A program made the translations under genes and the position numbers. The notes under the pieces were generated by a model. The model ran no database searches. It was given only the letters and a program-made list of their open reading frames with translations, and was not told the DNA's origin. 64,000 bases of DNA from Chlorobiota bacterium (lineage in GTDB: Bacteria > Bacteroidota > Ignavibacteria > Kapaibacteriales > NICIL-2), in assembly GCA_044228285.1 (NCBI GenBank), contig JBGAVD010000005.1, positions 193,648 through 257,647 of the forward strand. The letters run 5' to 3'. Shown here one piece after another: positions 18,636 through 26,756 of the stretch (its first letter is position 1; each line of letters begins with the position of its first letter).

Positions 18636-19820
18636 TTATGCGCTTCTGGTAATTTGGGGCTGGAAAACGCTATCCACTATTCGTTCTGGAGTTGCAGCTT
18701 TTATCGACTGAGGGATTCCACGGCCGTCTGTGAGAAAAGATACCGGAACGTTGTAAGTGTGTAGCGCTTGCAGACATGTACCTTGCAATCTTGAACAGTC
18801 GACTTGCGTAAGGACGAGCGCGCACTCAGGGAGTGCTGAGGCCATTCTCATCCATTCATGTGCTGTTTTGTCGTTACAAACTGCGGATACAGTAAGTAGA
18901 ACCGTGTCAGCGTTTGTAGCACTTCTCAATTGCTCGATGCGTGCCGCGCTTTCCGAATTGGCACTATCTAACTGTACTTCTATAAAGACGAAGTCTTGAT
19001 CGTCAGTGTTCTGCATTAATTCCAATAGTTGTTGATTCGAACTATAGGACTCAAGGCGAACGCTTTGAACGTTATCTGGTAGTTGAGCATGTGCACTTGA
19101 AGGCTGTAGTATCAGTGCATTTGAATTCATGGTGAGCGCGAAACTAGCCGAGAGTTTCGCGCACAACGAGCTTTTGCCGCTACCGGGCGCGCCACTGACG
19201 ATGACAATCTTCGGTTGCGAACTTGGTCGTAATGGGTTTGATGTGCGGAGCGAGCTGCAGAGATGAGAGCGCAGTGCTTGACGGAGTATGTCAACTTGAG
19301 CTTCTATGCCTTGTTTATGCAAGTAGGAAAGCAGCTCGTTGCAATGTGTTTCACTGAAGCCAGCCTCCAAAAGCTCCGATTGAAGCACTAAGAATGCAGG
19401 GGGAGTAAAATTCCGTTGCTGAGAGCTTTGAACGGTGCTCAGATTCTCAATTGCTTTCCGTAGAGAAGCGATTTCCGATTGAATGGACTGGGTGTCAGCT
19501 GGAACTGACGCCGAGTAGCGGGTACGTAACTGAGTCTGAGGTGCTTGCGCGGGCGCATCTGGATTCTTTGTCACAGAAGTCGCAAAAAGTGGATTTCTGC
19601 GTTCGCCGGCAGCAAAGGCAATATCGGAGGGCACACGACGTTGTTGGCGGTGCAATTCCAACTCTTCGGGTTCTATGCCAGCCACTACTTCGGTAACTGG
19701 TAGACTCCCAGGTTCGAGAATCTCCCGCGAGGATAGGATAATTGCCTCTTCCCCCAATTCATTGCGCATTTGCTCCAAGCTATCGCGCATGTTTCGTCCA
19801 TGAAACTTCTTGATTCGCAT
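18636..19820 (-). CDS. flhF: FlhF-like SRP-type GTPase (flagellar biosynthesis regulator homolog) with degenerate G2/G3 motifs
   Basis: N-terminal B-domain MRIKKFHGRNMRDSLEQMRNELGEEAIILSSRE closely matches the FlhF N-terminus (B. subtilis MKIKKF...ELGNEAVIL). P-loop GAPGSGKSS retained. The G4 region VLTQVD and C-terminal NVPVSFLTDGRGIPQSI match FlhF. G2 (DTYR) and G3 (DTAG) are not conserved. Confidence 0.75.
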   Translation of the reverse strand: MRIKKFHGRNMRDSLEQMRNELGEEAIILSSREILEPGSLPVTEVVAGIEPEELELHRQQRRVPSDIAFAAGERRNPLFATSVTKNPDAPAQAPQTQLRTRYSASVPADTQSIQSEIASLRKAIENLSTVQSSQQRNFTPPAFLVLQSELLEAGFSETHCNELLSYLHKQGIEAQVDILRQALRSHLCSSLRTSNPLRPSSQPKIVIVSGAPGSGKSSLCAKLSASFALTMNSNALILQPSSAHAQLPDNVQSVRLESYSSNQQLLELMQNTDDQDFVFIEVQLDSANSESAARIEQLRSATNADTVLLTVSAVCNDKTAHEWMRMASALPECALVLTQVDCSRLQGTCLQALHTYNVPVSFLTDGRGIPQSIKAATPERIVDSVFQPQITRSA

Positions 19821-19929
19821 ATCTCTTTCAGACCAGTTATATGTCTGATAGAGTGTAGTAATAATTATGCCAAGAACGGATGTTGACTTGTCGGGAACAT
19901 GTGAGGAGCTTGTTTGAGGGGCGTATTCA

Positions 19930-19965
19930 ATAAAAAAAACGACTGAGAGTAGCTCTCAGTCGTTT
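19930..19965 (-). terminator. Rho-independent terminator for the giant T9SS protein gene
   Basis: On the - strand: stem aacgactgagag/ctctcagtcgtt with loop, followed by a T8 run. Located 28-60 nt downstream of the stop at 19993. Confidence 0.55.
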
Positions 19966-19992
19966 CTGATACTGTGCATTAAGCAAGGAGCT

Positions 19993-22900
19993 CTAGTGTG
20001 TTATCACGAGGGGAAGCGTATGTAAACTGCCGGCGCTTGTCATTCGCACACGGTAAACACCGGACGCAAACGCATGAACGTCGACGAGATACGTGTACTC
20101 TCCAGCTTTATGCTGACCATTCGTAAGGACAGCGACAACTTCACCCTTCTCATTTACAACATCCAACGTTGTGTGCGTTTCGAACCCAACAGCGTAGGAG
20201 ATTTTTGCAAATCCATCTTGAGCTGGTTGAGGTGATACAGAACGAAGAGCGAATGGGGTTTCGCTGACTTTGACAAAGCGTCCACCCATATAGCAACCTA
20301 CAATACTAGTATTCGCAGAACCAAGGTTAACGAGAACACAAGCTTCGCGACCGTTTGGCTTGAAGTCTGCCAATGGCGCAGTGAAGGACTGAGTCTTCAT
20401 ACTATCAATGAGAATCTGCATTTTGACTTTCACCAAATCGCCTGACGCACTCACTGGTGTACTTCCACTTGCAGTGACAATGAGATCAACCGAGTCCGGA
20501 GAACTCGTGTTTACTTGAACTGCAGAATCGATTTTCCAGCTGTTGTCGAACATTGCACCGAGTTGAGCCGTATTCTTCATATAGATGATATCAAATCGAT
20601 TGTAGCGGATACCAGCCGTGAACGACTTAACACCCGCATCCGCCCATTGCGTTGAGACTGCGCTCAGCGAAAGCTCGTTTACCGAGCCATCTGTTGCCAT
20701 ATCCATTGTCGCCTTCGCAAACGCAACGTTTGCAGCAATGGTCGAGACTTTAGTAGACGCCAAAAGAGAGTCTGTGAGCACGAGTCCATCATTAAATCTT
20801 GCATGGACATAAGCCTTATATGTACCTGTTCGCAAAGCGGTTGGATTAAAGACCACATCAAGTTTCACTGAAGATGCAGGTTGTATTGTGATTGGATTGC
20901 CTGGAGTTGGCGTACCGCTGATACTAAAGTTTGCAGCATCCGGTCCGTCTATCCACACTGAATCCAAGATGCGATCGGAGTTCGTCGCACCTGCGGCCGC
21001 ACTATTACCAACGGTGAACACTCCAGCTGGATGATCGCAAGCAGTATTCAAGCCGAAATCATGTCCTTTAACATACGGTGGATTCTGGATGATGCCGTAT
21101 GCCGTAACCATTACTATGGTCTCAAAGGTTCCGGTTGGATTTGCAGTGATAGGTTCTGCATTGTGAACGATGCGAACACGAACATGTTCTGGACCAGCCT
21201 TCGATGCAGTAAACCGCACTGGGATGAGGAATGGAGCCGAACCAATGTCGATAACGGTATCCTTTGGTAAGGTTCTCGTCCAGGCAAAGTCGCGAGGATA
21301 GATACGCTTTACATCATCGTCTGCCTCGTTGATGAAGTCGATACTATGGATAGTCAGCCAGCGAGAGGTACTAGTGTTTGAAATACTCACAAACTCACCT
21401 GCATTTGCGGATACGATAGAGTTGCCTGCAAGCTGAGGAGTCTTAATCTCTGCGTCTAGACATTGAATCTTCTCTAAGTAGCCGTAACCTGTAAGAAAGG
21501 CTTGCTTGGTAACATCGGTCGGGAAGGTGCCTTGAATCAAAGGAGTTTTTGGTCCTTCAACGGTTGGGAGGAACAATACGTCTGCCCGGACCGAATCAAG
21601 ACGGTTCTGGTACACAATAAATGGGATAGCGCGTTCCGTTCGTGTAACTGTATACTCAACCGGAATTGATGATACAACGTCGACGGCAGTACACGTAACC
21701 TGTTGAGTACCACTATTGCCAATGTAACAAGGAAGGGTCTTTGAAACACCCAATCGAACGCTGTCCCAATCATTTCCTATCACATAGGGTCCTGGAGCGC
21801 TTGAGCTTCCAAGCCATGTAGAAATAGGATCATCCTTCGGACTACTTGGTGCGTCACTTAAGAACGGTATGTCAAGTTTCCACTGGTCTTCTGTGGTAGG
21901 GGAGAAGCACACTTCTCGAAAAATCACGCTCTGACCTGGTGGAATAACGATCGTAAATGGAGGAGTTGTAGGTTGATTTTTATTGATGCTAAAAGGAGGA
22001 GTGATCTTCGTCTGATCTATACCTGTAACATGCAACGTATCCGTTCCAACGTTCTTAATAGAGAGATTTCCAGGAATACTACTATTGCAGACCGATTCCC
22101 CAATTCCCACGGTGCCAGCATCAAAATCACCAACTTGGATGTGTGGCATTACACCACGACCTCTAACGTAAAAGGCAAACGGAGCGCATGTTTCCTTTAC
22201 GAGAAGGGAGTCGAAATCTAAGTCTTGTGGAGTACTTACCTCTCTGGTAGGCAGGTAGCTAAGAGTGACGAGAATCGAATCATGCGCCTTGATGACAAGT
22301 CCTGTTGAGTCCGCAGCAGTGTCCGATTTCACACTAAACTCAGCTCCCTTAAGCATGTAAATTTTCTTTACCTTGATTGCTGAATCGTTGTCATTACGAA
22401 TCCAGACTTTCATCGACTTCGATGTACCTACTCGTACGTCACCGAAGTTTACTGGATCTGGATTCAAACGCACACGCGGCGCGAACCACGATACGCTATC
22501 GTAAGTAAAATTGAATGCGCGGTCAATGACATAGAACTTTGCGTATGCATCCTTGCTTTTGTCGATGACTTCGAGTCGAAATGTTGTTTTGAAGTTACTT
22601 GAAGAAACAGGTACTTTGCCGTCTTGTACTTCTTTGCCGTCCGAATGTGTAACGACGATGCGGTAGTTGAAACTACGAGCGTCAGCAGAATCGACGAAGT
22701 CTATCTCCCTAATACCAGTTTCAACATGATCTAAGGTATCATTAACCTTGAAGTTTCTTACTTCAGTACCTTGATAAGTGAAATCTCCACACTCCTCCGA
22801 TCTCGTCAATACAGGAGGCAGGGTATCAAACACATTGAGTTGCTTAAAGGCTGTGGCGGCTGGCCAGCCGTACGAGTCAAATTGGCCATAACCATAAATC

Positions 22901-24387
22901 TCGCCACCGAATGGGGTGTCGCCAAGAATGGTGTGTGGACCATTTGAGATACCAATTCGGGCGTAGTACAGATTTGTTCCTGGAATGCGATTACCTAAAA
23001 AGCTAGGAGTAGTGTTGTAGACGAACTTACCGTCGATCTTGATCGACTTCAGCAGCTTTGCAGAAGCATCTGAGGAGTCACCAATCGCAATCAAGCTAAA
23101 ATAGTGCGTCGTGTACGCAGGATTCGAAGGACATTGGAATATTGTTCCCTTCGTGTACTGTTCCTTTGCTACACAATAAATAGTAAAGGGATCAAAGTTG
23201 TTGTCGTTATCCCAATTTGCTGACGGACATTCGTGCATCAGTTGGAATGGCTTGTTTCCTTTGAAGATAGCCATTCCAACGATTCCTTTGGATTTAGCAG
23301 TCGCAGAACCAGGTCCATCTGATGGTTCCTCTGGAGACTTTGGCAAAGAGCGAACTTCTCCGGCTCTCATACCCAGCACCCCTGTCGGACCATTCAAACG
23401 TTTGCCTGTTTTAAAATCGTAACTCTCCCAGGTGATGTTCGTTCCATTCTCTTTTGCTACTGCTCGGTACAGGTCACCAAGACCGCCACGGACAAACTCA
23501 ACGGTGACGTAGGTTTTACCCCATTGTTCAACCGGTGGTACCATTTCGCAAACGTGATCTCGCCCTCCTCCAAGATTGAAGCAGGGGAACATGGTTCTCT
23601 GGTGAAAATCAATGAAACCGATAGGTTTCGTAGCCACAACTCTAGTACCGCTTAAATCGAATTGGCCTCTGGTCGTACCGTCTCCTTGGACGATGTACGC
23701 TTGACCACGCATCAGATTCACTTGCCAATGATCGCCATATTTATGTCCACCTTCGGTTCGTTTTCCTAAGCCCGTTGTTGCATACTCTCCATATGACGCT
23801 GAACGCGCATAAATATCAACCAGAGTGTTGTCTTCAGATGCAAAGAAGCAAAAGCCAGCCTTCCAATTACGGGCTTCATTGAAATCTGGGTAGGTGAGGG
23901 CATAGTATTCTTTGCCCCAAGATTGAACAGGGATTGCTAGGTATCCATCTGAAGAAACCTGTTTACCATTGTAGACATACACTGATACGTAATCATCAGC
24001 CTTGATGCTGATGCACAAATCTGAAACAGTCTCACTACCGATGACTTCCGGGATTGGAAAAACGCCACCAGCTCCATCAATGACAGTAACTTTTCCAGCT
24101 GTGACACGCAACCTTGACTTGAATCCTAAAGCAGGAACTTCATAATCAAAGGATGTGTTCTTAGAGGACGTGACATAGATTTCACGAGCGGTAGCTCCAC
24201 AGCTCGCGCAGTCATTCAGCGGTAGGCAGAACACAAAATCTCGACCTTGAGAGCCATTGTTCAAGATCCATTCTGAAGTAGGTTTCCCGCCCTGCACCGT
24301 TGGTGCTTTTTTCACTTGAGCACTAAGCGGATACAGCGCAAGAAGTGCAACGACCACCAAACGTATCCACAAGTATCTAAACGCCAT
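19993..24387 (-). CDS. Giant (1464 aa) secreted cell-surface/adhesin-like protein with T9SS C-terminal sorting domain
   Basis: Signal peptide MAFRYLWIRLVVVALLALYPLSAQ. The N-terminal ~500 aa are Cys- and Gly-rich with a beta-helix-like character. The middle has repeated Ig-like / all-beta segments. The C-terminal ~80 aa (LDVVNEKGEVVAVL...GEYTYLVDVHAFASGVYRVRMTS...LPLVI) match the T9SS CTD. Confidence 0.7.
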   Translation of the reverse strand: MAFRYLWIRLVVVALLALYPLSAQVKKAPTVQGGKPTSEWILNNGSQGRDFVFCLPLNDCASCGATAREIYVTSSKNTSFDYEVPALGFKSRLRVTAGKVTVIDGAGGVFPIPEVIGSETVSDLCISIKADDYVSVYVYNGKQVSSDGYLAIPVQSWGKEYYALTYPDFNEARNWKAGFCFFASEDNTLVDIYARSASYGEYATTGLGKRTEGGHKYGDHWQVNLMRGQAYIVQGDGTTRGQFDLSGTRVVATKPIGFIDFHQRTMFPCFNLGGGRDHVCEMVPPVEQWGKTYVTVEFVRGGLGDLYRAVAKENGTNITWESYDFKTGKRLNGPTGVLGMRAGEVRSLPKSPEEPSDGPGSATAKSKGIVGMAIFKGNKPFQLMHECPSANWDNDNNFDPFTIYCVAKEQYTKGTIFQCPSNPAYTTHYFSLIAIGDSSDASAKLLKSIKIDGKFVYNTTPSFLGNRIPGTNLYYARIGISNGPHTILGDTPFGGEIYGYGQFDSYGWPAATAFKQLNVFDTLPPVLTRSEECGDFTYQGTEVRNFKVNDTLDHVETGIREIDFVDSADARSFNYRIVVTHSDGKEVQDGKVPVSSSNFKTTFRLEVIDKSKDAYAKFYVIDRAFNFTYDSVSWFAPRVRLNPDPVNFGDVRVGTSKSMKVWIRNDNDSAIKVKKIYMLKGAEFSVKSDTAADSTGLVIKAHDSILVTLSYLPTREVSTPQDLDFDSLLVKETCAPFAFYVRGRGVMPHIQVGDFDAGTVGIGESVCNSSIPGNLSIKNVGTDTLHVTGIDQTKITPPFSINKNQPTTPPFTIVIPPGQSVIFREVCFSPTTEDQWKLDIPFLSDAPSSPKDDPISTWLGSSSAPGPYVIGNDWDSVRLGVSKTLPCYIGNSGTQQVTCTAVDVVSSIPVEYTVTRTERAIPFIVYQNRLDSVRADVLFLPTVEGPKTPLIQGTFPTDVTKQAFLTGYGYLEKIQCLDAEIKTPQLAGNSIVSANAGEFVSISNTSTSRWLTIHSIDFINEADDDVKRIYPRDFAWTRTLPKDTVIDIGSAPFLIPVRFTASKAGPEHVRVRIVHNAEPITANPTGTFETIVMVTAYGIIQNPPYVKGHDFGLNTACDHPAGVFTVGNSAAAGATNSDRILDSVWIDGPDAANFSISGTPTPGNPITIQPASSVKLDVVFNPTALRTGTYKAYVHARFNDGLVLTDSLLASTKVSTIAANVAFAKATMDMATDGSVNELSLSAVSTQWADAGVKSFTAGIRYNRFDIIYMKNTAQLGAMFDNSWKIDSAVQVNTSSPDSVDLIVTASGSTPVSASGDLVKVKMQILIDSMKTQSFTAPLADFKPNGREACVLVNLGSANTSIVGCYMGGRFVKVSETPFALRSVSPQPAQDGFAKISYAVGFETHTTLDVVNEKGEVVAVLTNGQHKAGEYTYLVDVHAFASGVYRVRMTSAGSLHTLPLVITH

Positions 24388-24602
24388 GTTCTATCCCCAA
24401 TAGAAGAGTTAAAAGACCTGATTGCAAACCATTAATAATTTGTAACAAAATACACAAACGAGATTCAATTGCACCAGCTTTGAAAAAAAAATATTGAGAG
24501 ATTTTCCACAGCCTTTTGTAGCAGTGTTTTGAGGAGAAGAGACGGAGCTGTCGGCAGACAACGCACCTCGATTTCGTCGGCAGTTCCACCGCAGCAATTC
24601 GC

Positions 24603-24610
24603 TATATTTG
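24603..24610 (+). promoter_or_regulatory. Putative Bacteroidota-type -7 promoter element (TATATTTG, fits TAnnTTTG) upstream of transketolase
   Basis: Motif sits 31 nt upstream of the ATG at 24642, within a divergent intergenic region. This is sequence match only. Confidence 0.25.
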
Positions 24611-24641
24611 CGCTGATTATCCATGATATCAGAGATAGGCT

Positions 24642-25532
24642 ATGGCTGGAGAATTTGCGGTGGAATTTGATTCCAATTGCTACACGAACGGCCCACGTCC
24701 GGTGGGCGAATTCAGGAACATTGCAACGAACATTCGGCGTGATATAGTCAAGCAGCTTGTGCTTGCCGGAAGCGGACACTCAGGTGGACCTCTTGGTTCG
24801 GCGGACATCTTTGCTGTGATGTACTTTGGTGGCTATATGCGCTATAACACCGCAGATTGGTTCGGGACAGCCCACGACCGTTTTGTTCTCAGCGCTGGCC
24901 ATATGTGCCCGGTTATGTACGCAACATTGGCAAATGCTGGCGCTTTTCCAAAGTCGGAGCTGGCTAGCCTCAGAAAGTACGGAACACGCCTTCAGGGGCA
25001 CCCGGGTCGAGATATGGGCCTACCAGGAGTTGAAACTTCCTCAGGTTCTCTGGGGCAGGGAATCTCCATTGCTGTTGGTATGGCGATGGCTGATAAACAT
25101 CTCGACAAAAACGACCACCGTGTGTTTAGCCTTACCGGCGACGGCGAGCTTCAAGAGGGCAGCGTCTGGGAAGCGGCAATGGCTGCTTCGCACTACAAGC
25201 TGGACAATTTCTGCTGGATCATCGATAACAATGACTGTCAGATCGACGGTAGAGTTCCAGATGTACTTAACGTGTATCCGATTGTAGACAAATGCGCTAG
25301 CTTCGGATTTGATGTGGTGCACTGTGACGGACATAACCATACCGAACTCGTTGCAGCATTCGACCACTTCCTGGATAACCAAAAGAAGGGCACTGGAAAA
25401 CCAACGGCGATTGTTGCCCGCACGTATATGGGCAATCCTGTTTCGTTCATGAATGACAAATTCGAGTGGCATGGTAAACCACCTAGCTGGGAACAAGCGA
25501 AGATTGCTCTGGACGAACTTGTCCTGAGTTAA
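24642..25532 (+). CDS. Transketolase, N-terminal (TPP-binding) subunit
   Basis: GHSGGPLGSADIF, TPP-binding GDGELQEGSVWEA, and a split-gene arrangement with the next ORF. Confidence 0.85.
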   Translation: MAGEFAVEFDSNCYTNGPRPVGEFRNIATNIRRDIVKQLVLAGSGHSGGPLGSADIFAVMYFGGYMRYNTADWFGTAHDRFVLSAGHMCPVMYATLANAGAFPKSELASLRKYGTRLQGHPGRDMGLPGVETSSGSLGQGISIAVGMAMADKHLDKNDHRVFSLTGDGELQEGSVWEAAMAASHYKLDNFCWIIDNNDCQIDGRVPDVLNVYPIVDKCASFGFDVVHCDGHNHTELVAAFDHFLDNQKKGTGKPTAIVARTYMGNPVSFMNDKFEWHGKPPSWEQAKIALDELVLS

Positions 25533-25615
25533 GCCGAAGCGCTTATAGAGCAGCTCCGTGTGCGCGTACTCTGTTGTTAGCCTTAACTGTACCATCGACT
25601 TTGAAATCAATACTT

Positions 25616-26626
25616 ATGCAAAACATCGAAAAACTTGGAATGAAACCCACGCGCTTTGGCTTCGGCGAAGCTCTTGTGGTTCTTGGCGAACGAAACCCAA
25701 ACGTGGTCGTACTTGGTGGTGATATTACTGGCTCGGTTATGACGAGTTATTTTAAAGAAAAATTTCCTGAACGGTTCTTCTCGATTGGCATTGCTGAGCA
25801 GAATGCGACAACAATAGCAGCAGGCTTGGCGCTGAGTGGAAAGATTCCTTTCTTTGCATCCTATGGCGCCTTCTGCGCCTTGCGTAACGCCGACCAACTG
25901 CGTATCAGCGTTTGTTATAACGAAGCCAACGTCAAAATTGGTGGCGGTCACGCTGGCATTAGTGTTGGACCTGACGGAGCAACCCATCAAGTGTTGGAGG
26001 AAGTTTCTTTCCTTCGCGCTCTGCCACATATGACCATGGTTGTCCCTTGCGACTACCTAGAAGCGAAGAAGGCAACTATTGCTTGCGGTGAGATGGTTGG
26101 ACCAGCGTACATACGCTTTGGCCGTTCACCTGTACCGTTGTTTACAACCGATTCTACACCATTTGAACTGGGCAAAGCTATACAGTTGACAGATGGGAAC
26201 GATGTTGCGATTATGGCTAATGGTGCGATGGTTTGGGAAGCTATTGTAGCTGCAACTGAGCTGTCGAAAAAGGGAATCAATGCTCGTGTGGTGAACGTTC
26301 ATACGGTGAAACCTATCGACGTACAGTGCATCACAACGGCTGCACGTGAGTGCGGATGTATCGTTAGCGCTGAAGAACATCAGGTGCACGGCGGACTCGG
26401 TGCAGCAGTTGCTGAAGTCGTCGTAAAGAATGCACCAGTCCCAATGGAGTTCGTTGGTGTCAAGGACAGCTTTGGCGGCAGCGGTGAGCCTGAGGAACTG
26501 ATGGTGAAGTTCGGCTTGACGTGGAAGGAAATTTACGCATCTGCTTTGCTTGCAATGCAACGACGCGATAAAGGTTCTTCGGGATTTCGCAAGCTGAATG
26601 AAGTGGCGAGCTATAACGAAGCCTAA
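25616..26626 (+). CDS. Transketolase, C-terminal (pyrimidine-binding) subunit
   Basis: FGIAEQNATTIAAGLA and the C-terminal domain. The start is taken at ATG 25616 (MQNIEKLGM...). The ORF extends to 25574. Confidence 0.85.
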   Translation: MQNIEKLGMKPTRFGFGEALVVLGERNPNVVVLGGDITGSVMTSYFKEKFPERFFSIGIAEQNATTIAAGLALSGKIPFFASYGAFCALRNADQLRISVCYNEANVKIGGGHAGISVGPDGATHQVLEEVSFLRALPHMTMVVPCDYLEAKKATIACGEMVGPAYIRFGRSPVPLFTTDSTPFELGKAIQLTDGNDVAIMANGAMVWEAIVAATELSKKGINARVVNVHTVKPIDVQCITTAARECGCIVSAEEHQVHGGLGAAVAEVVVKNAPVPMEFVGVKDSFGGSGEPEELMVKFGLTWKEIYASALLAMQRRDKGSSGFRKLNEVASYNEA

Positions 26627-26667
26627 TCACCTCGTGTAGTCATTGACAAGGATATCTCATTTTTCCA

Positions 26668-26696
26668 AGACCACGACAAGCGTGGTCTTTTTTTTG
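26668..26696 (+). terminator. Rho-independent terminator after transketolase
   Basis: agaccacg-acaag-cgtggtct followed by a T8 run. Confidence 0.65.
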
Positions 26697-26756
26697 TAAC
26701 CTTTCGAGTGATAGCAGACTCATACTGCTTAGTTCACATTACAGGCACACTAGATC

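Noticed and set aside
24361-24378. DnaA-box-like GTATCCACA.
   Set aside because: It lies within the first codons (on the - strand) of the giant T9SS protein gene, encoding W-I-R. This is a coincidental match.
24388-24641. Possible TPP riboswitch upstream of transketolase (contains ctgattatccatgatatcag and a tgagag).
   Set aside because: The conserved TPP aptamer elements (CUGAGA ... ACCUGAUCUGGAUAAUGCCAGCGUAGGGA) are not present. The palindrome is only 5 bp.
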